From: Azolla caroliniana | Lineage: Eukaryota; Plantae; Polypodiophyta | Length of the DNA: 64,000 nt | Assembly (NCBI GenBank): GCA_043228905.1 | Contig: JBHGNT010000017.1 | Span: forward strand, 2,356,001 to 2,420,000 | Direction: 5' to 3' | Shown here: positions 24,847 through 36,291 of the stretch, in pieces | How the letters are laid out: every line of letters starts with the position of its first letter | Numbering within the stretch: position 1 is the stretch's first letter | Translations under genes and position numbers: made by a program | The notes under the pieces: model-generated | The model's database searches: none | What the model was told of the DNA's origin: nothing | The model's input: only the letters and a program-made list of their open reading frames with translations

Positions 24847-25912
24847 GATTGTCCTTGTTGACGCTTTACATAATCTGACGGCTCTTCAGGTCTTACGTCT
24901 CTTTCAAAACAATTTGACTGGGAAGATAGAGAGCTTGGATCTGTCGAAGATGCCTAATCTCTCGAGTTTTAGTGCCTATGAAAATGCTATGGAAGGGGAG
25001 CTACCTGCTGGTCTTACAGAGAGTAAGGCACTGGTCGTCTTTGAAGTGCAGAGGAACAAATATCTCACTGGATCCTTAGGCAATGCTGCTACTCCTGACA
25101 TCATTGGTTTATCCAACCTAAGGGTGCTCTCGGTGAGCTACAACCAGCTTAGCGGAGACATCCCTGGTTGGGTTTGGAATCTTCCCCGTCTGCAGGCACT
25201 AGACCTCTCCAACAATCGTTTCAGTGGCCACTTCCCTGCGACTCTCACGCACCTCTCCTACTTCAAGCTCAATCAAACAACAAATAGTAACCAGACCACC
25301 CTCTACGAGGAGGTGCCTGTCACGCTGAAGAACATTGTCCTGAAGAACTATTTTCTAACTGCACGTATCTACTTTGATGTGTCCATGAACGACCTGGAAG
25401 GCGAAATTCCGCAGAGCTTTGGGGAGCTGCAGGTTTTGACAGGAGCCAACCTGTCCCACAACCGAATCAGCGGCCCCATAGGTGAGGGTACATTCGGCAG
25501 GTTGATGCATTTGGAGAAGTTGGACCTGTCCTACAACCAGCTCAACGGTGGCATCCCACAAGATCTCACGTCTTTGGACAACCTCTCTACTCTAAACCTC
25601 GCCCACAACCAACTTGAAGGACCCATTCCCAAACAAAATAACTTTAATACTAGGTTCACCTCCGCCAGCTTCGAGAACAACCAGGGCCTGTGTGGCTACC
25701 CTCTTTACTCCTCCTGCAACACAAGCATCGATGATGCGGGTAGTTATGTGGGCATCACAAGCACAAGCACATGGTGGCCGAAGCAACAATTATTATTGAT
25801 TATGATTTGGTTCCATGAGTTTGTATCTCCCTGGGCAGTTCTAGTAGGCTATCCCGCTGGGCTTGCATTGGGCATAATCCTCTGCCATATCCTCTTCTTA
25901 AAATTGAAGTGA
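24847..25912 (+). pseudogene. 5'-deleted RLP paralog (last LRRs, island, 4 LRRs, LRRCT, TM), frame still open
   Basis: Colinear with 3899-4934 of the intact gene; no signal peptide or tandem array; fused to antisense gypsy RT at GATT. Confidence 0.9.
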
Positions 25913-27009
25913 ATCAGTAGTAGCTGTTGGTCAAGAGAACTGGACTGGACTGGACTGGAGTGCACAGATTTGAGGAGTGCTAATTGAAATACTCACGCGA
26001 GGAGCACAATCTCCAACATGAGCATTTCGAACTATGTATAAATATGCTTTTCCAACTTTGTGTTGTATGCATTTTTACTCCATGGACCTCGAGAGCATTG
26101 TGTTACTCATCTTCCAATCCATTTTGAAGGCCTAGGTTCATTTGCTTACCTCTATTACTTTGTATATATGAAAATGTTCTATTAATTTACTATGTTACCA
26201 CTCTGGATTGTATGAGTTGAACCAATGACCTCCCACGCTCCATTGGACAACCGTAGTGGTAAATTGTTCCTAGCACTACATCTCTATTATTCTATACATC
26301 TCTTTCTTTCTCTCTCTCTTGGTGAAAACACACAATTATATTAATAAATGTGTGTAAAAAACACTACTCATAATGGGTGTGACAATGGGGTATGGTCACC
26401 TACTAACTACACTACATGGGTAGTGGAACATGTTGAATTGCCAACAGGCAAGACAAACACTCCACTGAGGAAAGAATTTTCACTTGCTCCAATAAAGAAA
26501 ATTTCCACATTAGTACTCCCTTCAACTTTCGTAGATATGCTTTCACTCCATGTCTACCATCGAATACAAAAGCGTTGCGTATGTTCTAATTATGACGCAA
26601 TCCCCAATATCTCAGAAATAGAGAAACGATCTCTATCTCTAACTTTGGGTCAACCTGTGTAAATTGTGCAAATACCCACTATCTAAGTATCATAACATCA
26701 TGATAAGACTTGCCAAATTTGAGAATTGTAACTCTAAATCTAACAAGCAATCAAACATTGTATAAATTGATGAGTGTAACTATCTTCCATTTGAACAATG
26801 CAAAAAAGCAATTACTTGTTGCTAGTGTCATGATATGGCAAGACTCCAACCCATGACCTTAGGTTATATGGGTCGAGCTCTTGACCATTAGATCATCTAT
26901 TGTAATACATAAGATATTATTTTCATTTACATTTTATTATAGGAAATTAGTGTATATTCCAGATTTCTCTGGAACATTCTAGAAGCTTCAGGATTACTCC
27001 TGAAAACAC

Positions 27010-27016
27010 TATAAAA
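27010..27016 (+). promoter_or_regulatory. LTR TATA box
   Basis: TATAAAA in both LTRs of A and B, 33 nt upstream of the putative self-primer. Confidence 0.65.
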
Positions 27017-27265
27017 GAGGGCACTAGGCATTATGTTGAACCAAATTGGTTCAACGCCAGTCTTAAGCCTTTTAGCCACCATTGTATATTCTCTTCATAT
27101 AATACATATCTTTCTTATCATCACTCTCTCTCTCTCTCTCAATCTCTCTCTTTCTCTCTGTCTCGCTCACTTCTTCCTTCTCTCGAAGAAGTTCCACACC
27201 TCTCATAGTACTAATCCTTTGTTTAGTACTAATTCCTTCTCTGTCTCAGTACTGTTCATGACAGT

Positions 27266-27277
27266 TTGAACCAATTT
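27266..27277 (+). promoter_or_regulatory. Self-priming PBS complementary to LTR 27043-27054
   Basis: TTGAACCAATTT is the exact reverse complement of AAATTGGTTCAA. Confidence 0.8.
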
Positions 27278-27336
27278 CCCTACCTTCTGTCTCTCTCATT
27301 TCCTACTAATCTTTTATTCCTCTTTTCTTTCATCCC

Positions 27337-28497
27337 ATGGCCACTATTAGCGCTGAAGAATATCAATCTGTTTTCTCGGAATTTCAATGCTTGAACGAGA
27401 AGTTCCATGCTTTGCAACAAGAAAACCAACGGTTGCTGGGGGATCTTCAACAAATCTTCTTAGAAAAGCAGCAAACGCAACAACAACATGGGGAACTTGC
27501 GTTACGCGTGCAACAACTCGAAGCAACCATCGTAGCGATGCAAAAACAAGGGCCCGGAACACAAGGGATTCATAAAGAACCCAAGATTGGCCTTCCCACG
27601 AAGTTCGATGGAACGCGATTGCAGTTTAGAGGGTTCCTTAACCAGGTACGATTAGTTATTCAAATGCATCCTTCCCGATATCCCACCGATGCATCACGAG
27701 TGGGTTTAGTAGGCACTTTGTTAAGTGGCTCAGCGTTGTCATGGTTCGCTCCACTATTAGAAAAGGAATCTCCATTACTCAACAATTTTGAAGAGTTTCT
27801 AGGTGAGTTTAAAGCATGTTTCGGAGATACTGACATCATCAGGACCGCAATCAACAAAATCCGGCGATTATGCCAATGTGACCGTCCAGCCTCCGCATAC
27901 ACTGTAGATTTTCGCCTACTCGCCGCCGATATCCCTTGGGATGATCAAGCGTTGATGGAGCAATTCTGTTATGGTTTACGCAACGACGTCAAGGATTTAC
28001 TATTGACCTTCCCCGAAGAGCCAAAGTCCTTAAGAGAAGCAATCAGTCGCGTGGTGAGATGTGACAACCGCCTCTTTGAGCAACATTCGGAACGACAACT
28101 ACAGATGCCGAGGGCAAGATTAGAGCCCACCTACGCCTCAGTGGTAGCAAGACCTTTTCCGAGGGAGTCATATAATGCGCCTCCAGCGAATACTCCGACT
28201 CAGATGGAGATTGACACTACACGTCGTCGAGGGCCATTATCCGAAGAAGAAAAGCAGCGACGCCGTACAAATCGACTATGTCTTTATTGCGGTGGACCAG
28301 GACATATCGCAATAAATTGCCCCCATAGGCCAAGAAGACAGGTAAACCAAATAGTCGCTAGTTCTAATTGTACTAAATCCGACCCTATTTCAGTAGGGAT
28401 ATCTGATAGTCCTAATAGTACTAATAGTACTAATATCCCAGATCTAGCAAACAAATTTGATGTCCTTAGTCAGTTAGAAGAAGAGTTAAACGACTAA
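27337..28497 (+). CDS. gag: Gag (coiled coil, PEG10/Rtl1-like capsid, CCHC knuckle)
   Basis: LPTKFDGTRLQFRGFL; CLYCGGPGHIAINC. Confidence 0.92.
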   Translation: MATISAEEYQSVFSEFQCLNEKFHALQQENQRLLGDLQQIFLEKQQTQQQHGELALRVQQLEATIVAMQKQGPGTQGIHKEPKIGLPTKFDGTRLQFRGFLNQVRLVIQMHPSRYPTDASRVGLVGTLLSGSALSWFAPLLEKESPLLNNFEEFLGEFKACFGDTDIIRTAINKIRRLCQCDRPASAYTVDFRLLAADIPWDDQALMEQFCYGLRNDVKDLLLTFPEEPKSLREAISRVVRCDNRLFEQHSERQLQMPRARLEPTYASVVARPFPRESYNAPPANTPTQMEIDTTRRRGPLSEEEKQRRRTNRLCLYCGGPGHIAINCPHRPRRQVNQIVASSNCTKSDPISVGISDSPNSTNSTNIPDLANKFDVLSQLEEELND

Positions 28498-28529
28498 GTC
28501 CAGCCAAAATAGGAGCCGTTTGGTTGGAC
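28485..28529 (+). promoter_or_regulatory. Putative -1 ribosomal frameshift signal
   Basis: G TTA AAC, 6-nt spacer, 11-bp stem GTCCAGCCAAA/TTTGGTTGGAC; conserved in copy B. Confidence 0.75.
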
Positions 28530-31500
28530 AACCCTAGATCTGTGCAACCCATTAGTGGTTCCATTCCCTCTAAGCAAGTTAGTGATGTGTTCGTAGCCCA
28601 AGTAATAGTTAGTACTAAAAGTACCCCTCCAGTACATGTCCTAGCACTCCTAGATTCCGGAGCTAACTCTTGCTTTATGGATAAGAAATTTGCTCAAGCT
28701 CATAAGATATCCCTAAGAAAACTCCAGTGTCCAGCCTCTGTAGTAGTCATTGATGGACATCCCATTGCTTCCGGAAATATCATAGAAGAGTCAGAGCCCA
28801 TTAATATTGTCCTAGATAACTTAGCATGTGTAGTATCATTTAATATTAATAGTATCCCAGAACATCCTATAGTTTTAGGATTACCGTGGTTCGAGTTACA
28901 TAACCCAGACATAGATTGGAGAACAAGAGAAATCCGGTGTCGACAAACCCAAGGGTCAACTCAGAAGATGGCAACCATTTCGCTACGTCAGTTGCGTAAA
29001 GAAGGGCGCAAGGAGGAAATGTTCCTCTTTGCAATATCAGTAAACCCCTCCAGCACCACTAAAGAAGAATCCACCGTTCAACTTCCCGAGAAGTATCGTC
29101 ATTACGCCGATGTGTTCGATAAAGTACAAGCCAACACACTTCCTCATCATCGACCGTACGATTGCCCCATTGATTTACAACCGGGAAAAGAGCCGCCATG
29201 GGGACTGATCTACAATTTGTCACCAACCGAGCTGGAAGTCCTTCGGGCCTATATAGAGGAGAATTTGGAAAATGGTTTCATTCGGCATTCGAAATCTCCA
29301 GCCGGCGCGCCCATTTTCTTCGTAAAGAAAAAGGATGGATCGTTTCGTCTCGTTGTAGATTACCGTGGCTTGAATAAGGTTACAATCAGGAATAGGTATG
29401 CTCTTCCCCTTATCTCAAGTCTTTTAGAACGGATCAATGGTGCCAGGTTCTTCATGAAGATCGACTTACGGGGAGCATATAACCTCGTACGGATCCGACC
29501 AGGAGACGAATGGACGACCGCGTTTCGCACCAGATATGGGCACTTCGAGTATACGGTCATGCCGTTCGGCCTCACTAATGCGCCGATAGTCTTCCAGCAC
29601 ATGGCTAATGATATATTCCGAGATCTATTGGATGATTGTTTGATCATCTATTTGGATGATCTACTGGTTTATTCAAAGACCCAAGAAGAACATGATTCTC
29701 ATGTACTATTAGTACTAAAACAACTTCGAGAACATGGTTTGTATGCAAAGCTGGAAAAATGTAGTTTCGGGTGCAACCAAGTGGAATTTCTTGGCTACAT
29801 CATTTTGTCAGAAGGCATCTCCATGGACCCAGCTAAGGTCAAAATGGTGGTAGAATGGCAGACTCCGCGTTCGGTGCGGGATGTGCAATGCTTCTTAGGC
29901 TTTGCCAATTTTTACCGGAAGTTCATACAAGATTACTCAAAGATCGTTCTACCTCTCACACAACTTACCAGGAAGGGACAATTGTTCATCTGGTTTGAAG
30001 AAACGGACATGGCTTTCGAGAGTCTTAAAAAGGCATTTACATCGGCTCCAATTCTAGCTCATGTCGATCCGGAAAAACCATTCATTATCGAAGCTGACGC
30101 ATCGGATTTTGCATTGGGGAGCATTCTGTCACAACAGGGGAATGATGAGAAGCTACATCCTGTGGCTTTTCACTCACGCAAGTTTGACGTCGCCGAAATC
30201 AACTACGAAATTCGTGATAAGGAGCTATTGGCAATAGTGGATTCTTTTATGCAATGGAGGCATTTTCTGGAGGGATCCTCTCATCCAGTGACCGTATTTA
30301 GTGACCACAAGAATCTTGCCTACTTTCAGGATGCTCGTGTGTTGAATCGACGTCAAGCTCGGTGGGCCCACTTCCTCACATGTTTCGACTTCAAAATTAC
30401 ATATCGTTCGGGGAGGCACCAAGGGAAGGCAGATGCATTATCACGGCGTTCGTACCTAGCACCCCGTCCCGGCGAGCCAGCTTTCGATAACCAAAAAAAA
30501 GTCATCTTGGGACCGACACGACTACAAGCAACACAGATCTTTGACATGCCTATGGATTCCCGCGTTATTGATACCATACGTGAAGACTTGAAGACAGATG
30601 CGTTCGCCCAAGCTATACTAGCACAAATTGATCCCTCTCGAGTGTCGTGTTCACAGTCGCAACCACCAGGTACGGACTATCGGCAATTCAAATACCATGA
30701 TGGATTACTCTTCTTTAAAGAACTTTTGTATGTTCCTAATGGTTCTTGCCGCCTTCAAGTAGTACAAAACTGTCATGACACATATACAACTGGGCATTTT
30801 GGTAGTACTAAAACATTACATTTAGTACAAGGAACATTCTGGTGGCCCTATATGCGACAATTTGTCAAGGATTTTGTTCGGACTTGTGATACATGTTGCA
30901 GAGCGAAAATGCCAAGGCATCATCCATATGGTTTATTAGAACCATTACCAATTCCAAGCAAGCCGTGGCAATCCATTGCTCTAGACTTCATCACAGATCT
31001 TCCAGTCTCTAAGGGGTTCAATGCGATTCTAACGGTGGTCGATCGATATACGAAGATGGCTCATTTCCTGCCATGTACTGAGGAGATCTCCAGTGAAGAC
31101 ACTGCCGAAATTGTCATGCGTGAAGTATGTCGGCATCATGGACTTCCCGATAGTATCATCAGCGACCGTGGACCCCAGTTCGTGTTAAAATTCTGGAAGC
31201 ACCTTTTTAACATGCTGAAGGTCACTTGTAACCTCTCCTCCGGCTACCACCCACAAACCGACGGTCAAGCTGAACGAACAAATCAAACGTTGGAGCAGTA
31301 TCTGCGGTGCTTTCTCAGCTATCATCAAGATGACTGGGCAGATATTCTCCACTTCGCCGAATTTGCCTATAATAACTCTATCCACGCATCCACTAAAGTT
31401 ATGCCATTTTATGCTTATACGGGATGTCACCCCCGGTGGAGTGTACTTGAAACCCCAGAGGTGTCCACAAATCCGTGCGCGGAGGATCGTTTGGAGCAGT

Positions 31501-32081
31501 TACGCAAGATACAAGCGGATTTATCTACTCATCTCCAGCAAGCTCAACAAACACACAAGGTCTACGCAGATCGTCATCGACTTCCATCCAGTTTTAATAT
31601 TGGAGATTGGGTGTGGCTGCTACGACGACACATCAAGACTACTCGTCCATGTGAGAAGTTAGATTATCGGCGATTAGGTCCTTTCCGTATTATTGGACAG
31701 ATTAATGATGTCGCTTTTCGTCTCGATCTACCTCCTCAACTTCGGATACATCCGGTGTTTCATAGTTCTCTCCTCGAACCCTACCACGAGAGCACCATCC
31801 CAGGACGTCTTATCCAACCTCCACCCCCGATCGAGCTTGAAGATGGGCCGGAGTACGAGGTTGTCGCCATCCTTGATTCCAAGATTGTTCGCAACAAGCT
31901 CTACTATCTAGTCGATTGGCTAGGCTACAGCCCCAACGAACGTACTTGGGAACCGATCGAGAATGTGACCAATGCTCGTGCTCTTCTTGAAGACTTCCAT
32001 CGTCAATATCCACACAAACCAGGTCCTCAATCCAAGATGACTCGTGACACTCGTCGTTTTAAAGGGGGGATAGTGTCATGA
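28485..32081 (+). CDS. pol: Pol PR-RT-RH-IN-chromodomain, in the -1 frame relative to gag
   Basis: LLDSGA; YLDD; ADASD; H..GH..CDTC; LDF/SDRG/QAER; GPF; YEV...YYLVDWLGY...TWEP chromodomain; frame open from GTTAAAC at 28485. Confidence 0.93.
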   Translation, partial: VKRLSPAKIGAVWLDNPRSVQPISGSIPSKQVSDVFVAQVIVSTKSTPPVHVLALLDSGANSCFMDKKFAQAHKISLRKLQCPASVVVIDGHPIASGNIIEESEPINIVLDNLACVVSFNINSIPEHPIVLGLPWFELHNPDIDWRTREIRCRQTQGSTQKMATISLRQLRKEGRKEEMFLFAISVNPSSTTKEESTVQLPEKYRHYADVFDKVQANTLPHHRPYDCPIDLQPGKEPPWGLIYNLSPTELEVLRAYIEENLENGFIRHSKSPAGAPIFFVKKKDGSFRLVVDYRGLNKVTIRNRYALPLISSLLERINGARFFMKIDLRGAYNLVRIRPGDEWTTAFRTRYGHFEYTVMPFGLTNAPIVFQHMANDIFRDLLDDCLIIYLDDLLVYSKTQEEHDSHVLLVLKQLREHGLYAKLEKCSFGCNQVEFLGYIILSEGISMDPAKVKMVVEWQTPRSVRDVQCFLGFANFYRKFIQDYSKIVLPLTQLTRKGQLFIWFEETDMAFESLKKAFTSAPILAHVDPEKPFIIEADASDFALGSILSQQGNDEKLHPVAFHSRKFDVAEINYEIRDKELLAIVDSFMQWRHFLEGSSHPVTVFSDHKNLAYFQDARVLNRRQARWAHFLTCFDFKITYRSGRHQGKADALSRRSYLAPRPGEPAFDNQKKVILGPTRLQATQIFDMPMDSRVIDTIREDLKTDAFAQAILAQIDPSRVSCSQSQPPGTDYRQFKYHDGLLFFKELLYVPNGSCRLQVVQNCHDTYTTGHFGSTKTLHLVQGTFWWPYMRQFVKDFVRTCDTCCRAKMPRHHPYGLLEPLPIPSKPWQSIALDFITDLPVSKGFNAILTVVDRYTKMAHFLPCTEEISSEDTAEIVMREVCRHHGLPDSIISDRGPQFVLKFWKHLFNMLKVTCNLSSGYHPQTDGQAERTNQTLEQYLRCFLSYHQDDWADILHFAEFAYNNSIHASTKVMPFYAYTGCHPRWSVLETPEVSTNPCAEDRLEQLRKIQADLSTHLQQAQQTHKVYADRHRLPSSFNIGDWVWLLRRHIKTTRPCEKLDYRRLGPFRIIGQINDVAFRLDLPPQLRIHPVFHSSLLEPYHESTIPGRLIQPPPPIELEDGPEYEVVAILDSKIVRNKLYYLVDWLGYSPNERTWEPIENVTNARALLEDFHRQYPHKPGPQSKMTRDTRRFKGGIVS

Positions 32082-35000
32082 TATGGCAAGACTCGAACCC
32101 ATGACCTTAGGTTATATGGGTTGAGCTCTTGACCATTAGATCATCTATTGTAATACGTAGGATATTATTTTCATTTACATTTTATTATAGGAAATTAGTG
32201 TATATTCCAGATTTCTCTGGAACATTCTAGAAGCTTCAGGATTACTCTTGAAAACACTATAAAAGAGGGCACTAGGCATTATGTTGAACCAAATTGGTTC
32301 AACGCCAGTCTTAAGCCTTTTAGCCACCATTGTATATTCTCTTCATATAATACATATCTTTCTTATCATCACTCTCTCTCTCTCTCTCTCAATCTCTCTC
32401 TTTCTCTCTGTCTCGTTCACTTCTTCCTTCTCTCGAAGAAGTTCCACACCTCTCATAGTACTAATCCTTCGTTTAGTACTAATTCCTTCTCTGTCTCTGT
32501 ACTGTTCATGACAGCTAGCCCACGACGCTTTAGAGCTAATCCCAAAGGCAATCCTCCAATCAAAACTCTCCAAATGAAGACCTTTGCTATAAGTGGCAAT
32601 TTAGAATTCCAATTATGTTGTAAGATCTGCCACCACCTATGATCAGATTTGTGTATTCTCCATTTTTCTTTAGCCTTTAGTAGTCACTCGTAACAACGAC
32701 GTTTGAGCCTTTAAACACCAATCAATTCATGGTTCTCCAGTTTGTTGAGGTAAGGGACCTTGCATCAATGGAATATTTTATAGTTGTTGCCAAATAAACC
32801 CATAATTAGGAGGAATGCGTAATAATTGTCGCGTTTCAACAAACTCCAAAATTCTTTGATATGGAGCCTCAACTATATCTCTCACCTCTTTGACCCCCAA
32901 ACAAAACAAACAATTAAATTGAGAGCACAATCTCTCCTTTCCTGGCCAACATAATAATCGAGAAGACACAAGCAACTCTTGTTGCAAAGACTTACAATGT
33001 TCTCTACTAGATGATGGTTTCCATACACATAACAAGAGTGTTTCTTGCCATGAGGTAACCAAGTGTTGAACACATGTAGAGCCCGGAATCCTAAGTGAAA
33101 TACATTCATTCAGTAATTGCCACCATGAAACCTTAATCATTATCCTGCCATGTGTTAAACCCTTGTTCTCAATGTAATATTGAACAATAGATATCCATGG
33201 TTGTGAATTTGAACATGTTGAGAGTCGAACTCAACTTCCCATAGATAGGTTTCACACTAGCTCATGGACATGTTGGGCTAGTTTTGTAAATAGTAGAAAG
33301 GGCACTTGCCCTAGCTTAGTTGGTATATAAACCAACGCATTGTAACTTCGTTACTGTTGGATGTTATATGTTTGATGTAATTTTTGTTAATATACAGTTT
33401 TTCTATCTCTGTCTTAACATCTCTCCCTCTCTCTCCCTCTGTTGCCTCACACACACACACACACACACACACTCAATCATCTTCTGCTGCATTGCAATCA
33501 CTCTTGCCTCCCATTCCATTACATGGTATCAGAGCGTGTGGTTGCCTGATTAAGCCTATTCGACTGTGTTGTGCTGCACGCCGACGATCAACAGAACCGA
33601 CCCATCAACAAAGAAGAAATCACCATGAATACTCAAATGGGAAGCGCTCTTCCTACCGAGAAGCTCGACAGAACGAACTTTGCATCTTGGGAATACAAGA
33701 TGCATCAATACCTTGTCGGACAAGGCTACTAGAGCTACATCGAAGGAGCTCATGAATCACAACCCAACCCAACACACTTTGACTATCCCGCTTGGGAGTT
33801 GGCCACAAGCCTTGTGTTGTATTGCCTTGCATCATGCATTCATGATCATATGTTTGGCTACATTCGAGAGGCAAAAACGCCGAAGTAGGCATGGGAAAAC
33901 CTCAAGAAGATTTTCGCAGCCAATACGGCCACATGAAAGCTCCAACTTCGACAAGAGTTGAACAATCTTCAACAAAGGGACATGTCGATCGACAACTACA
34001 CCTTAAAGTTCAAGGAGTTGTGCGATGCCCTTGGATCAATCAATGTAGCATTGACGACGACAAAATGGTGCAGATATGCCTCGGTGGCTTGGCATCACGA
34101 TTTGGCGCAATAAGATCGGTTGTTCTTGCGAGAGAGAATCCTCCCTCCTTTTTTGATCTCCAATCATTGTTGCTAGTCGAAGAGAATCACGTGCGTCAAA
34201 GGAACAATGCACGTGACAGACAAATGCTATATTCGAACTTCGATGGAGGAAGAGGACAAAGCCGTGGAAGGAGAGGTCGATTTGGGCAAGGCCGACACAA
34301 CTAAGAGCGTAACTCCCACCAATGGCAAGCGGAGAGAAACGGCCCCAGAGAGTTCGGCGGAAGGGGGAGTCATCACGCCAGACCAAGCAACCGTAAGAAC
34401 CCAGTTGAGTGCAGGTACTGCGGAAAACCCGGCCACTACGAAGAGGAGTGTGGGAAGAAGAAGCGTGAGCAAGGCCGACAACTAACAAATTACACCATGA
34501 ACTCCGACTACGACGATCACGGTGGAATGTTCATAATGAAGCATGAAGCGCACTCAATGTCCACACTTGCGTCAACTACCACATCCACTCCGAACAACGT
34601 ATGGTTTGTCGATTCAGGAGCATCCAATCACATGACGTCCCATGAAGATTGGTTTCGGGAACTACGGAAGCCCGAACGTCCCAGATATGTCGAAACAAGA
34701 GATGACACGACTCACCCAATACAACATATCGGGAACGCCCCATTCGGAAACAACGACAAACAGACCTACCTTAAGAACGTGTTGCATGTCCCCACTATTA
34801 CGAAAAACCTGGTCTCCGTTGGCGAGATTGTCGAACAAGGAATGCAAGTACGCTTCAATAACGATGGGTGCTTCATCGAAAATGGCAATCAAGTCATAGC
34901 TCACGGCCGTGGTGAAGGCCATATGTTCATCCTCGAATCGAGCGAGGTAAAGTCGACAATGTTTGCAAAGGGCCAGAAAGTCGAAACCAACTTGAAACTA

Positions 35001-35439
35001 TGGCACAAGAGAATCGTCCACATCAATCTCCAAAAGCTCTAGAACATGCAATCGAAAGGAGTCATAATCGGAATCCCAAACTTTACGGCGAACGAGATTA
35101 CAGGCCTATGTGAAGCATGTCAGTTCGGAAAGCAACGCCGTCACCCATTCCCTAAAGAGGGGAATGTGAACAAAGGAATCCTGGATGTCATACATTCAGA
35201 TGTGTGGGGACCAACCTAGACAACAACATTCAGCGGATGCTGATACTATGTCATGTTCATCGACGACTTCTCTAGGAACACCTGGATCTATCTGATGAAG
35301 TAGAAGAGTGAAGTGTTCAGGCATTTCTAGACATTCAAAGCCGAAGTCGAAAAAACTACGGGTCGGCATGTATGTTGTCTTCGATCAGATGGAGACGAAG
35401 AATATTTTTCGGATGAATTTATGGCGTATATCTGAAAAG

Positions 35440-36291
35440 AAGGAATCCGACAAGAGTTCTCGTGTCGACACACGCCTCAGCAAAACGGCGTAGTAGAGCG
35501 TAAAAATCTCCATGTAGTAGAAATCGCATGAGCCATGATGAACGAGAAGAACCTGCCGAAATCGTATTGGGCAGAAGTGGCAAATACAGCCGTATATCTC
35601 ATGAACAAGTGCACAACCTCGGAAGTACACGATATAACTCCACATGAGAAGTTCTTCGGAAAGGAGCCGGACTTGTCAGATGTCTGCATTTTCGGTTCTA
35701 TCGCCTATGTACATATTCCCGACGATACGCGGCAAAAGCTTGACCCAAAGTCGGAGAAATGTATCCTCGTAGGATACTCACTCGAACAAAAGGGGTACAA
35801 ATGTGTAGAAAGTAGCGTGCGAAAGCAAGTATAAAGACAGAACAGAAGGAAGAACACTCAGGTTTAAGGAATCCGACGAGAGTTCTCGTGTCGACACACG
35901 CCTCAGCAAAACGGCGTAGTAGAGCGTAAAAATCTCCATGTAGTAGAAATCGCATGAGCCATGATGAACGAGAAGAACCTGCCGAAATCGTATTGGGCAG
36001 AAGTGGCAAATACAGCCGTATATCTCATGAACAAGTGCACAACCTCGGAAGTACACGATATAACTCCACATGAGAAGTTCTTCGGAAAGGAGCCGGACTT
36101 GTCAGATGTCTGCATTTTCTGTTCTATCGCCTATGTACATATTCCCGACGATACGCGGCAAAAGCTTGACCCAAAGTCGGAGAAATGTATCCTCGTAGGA
36201 TACTCACTCGAACAAAAGGGGTACAAATGTGTAGAAAGTAGCGTGCGAAAGCAAGTATAAAGACAGAACAGAAGGAAGAACACTCAGGTTT
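35440..36291 (+). repeat. 426-bp tandem duplication (35440-35865 / 35866-36291)
   Basis: Near-identical ORFs 35535-35834 and 35961-36260; 2 mismatches seen. Confidence 0.93.

Larger units (their letters stand above)
19857..24850 (-). mobile_element. Chromovirus (Ty3/gypsy) copy C, 5'-truncated; 3' LTR 19857-21780 split by a LINE
   Basis: RT YLDD and RH in ORF 23472-24791; IN-GPF-chromodomain in ORF 21773-22630; PPT at 21781-21794; LTR homologous to 38347-38785; gag and 5' LTR missing. Confidence 0.92.
26826..32513 (+). mobile_element. Chromovirus A (Tf1/sushi-type, Tcn1-like by inference), full length with intact ORFs
   Basis: LTRs 26826-27263 and 32074-32513 (about 8 substitutions and one CT indel by eye); TSD GCTAG at 26821-26825 and 32514-32518; PPT AAAGGGGGGATAG; no tRNA PBS. 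Confidence 0.97.
26330..33215 (-). mobile_element. Degenerate L1-type LINE 3' region (zf-RVT-like), split by chromovirus A
   Basis: Joining across TSD GCTAG reads FIWRVLIGGLPLGLALKRRGLATSNCFF/CIVQMEDS..HQFIQC on the minus strand with frameshifts; outer limits approximate. Confidence 0.7.

Noticed and set aside
24833-24850. Gypsy-RLP fusion protein starting at GTG 24833
   Set aside because: Only about five codons from antisense RT sequence across a deletion junction; no ATG or signal peptide.
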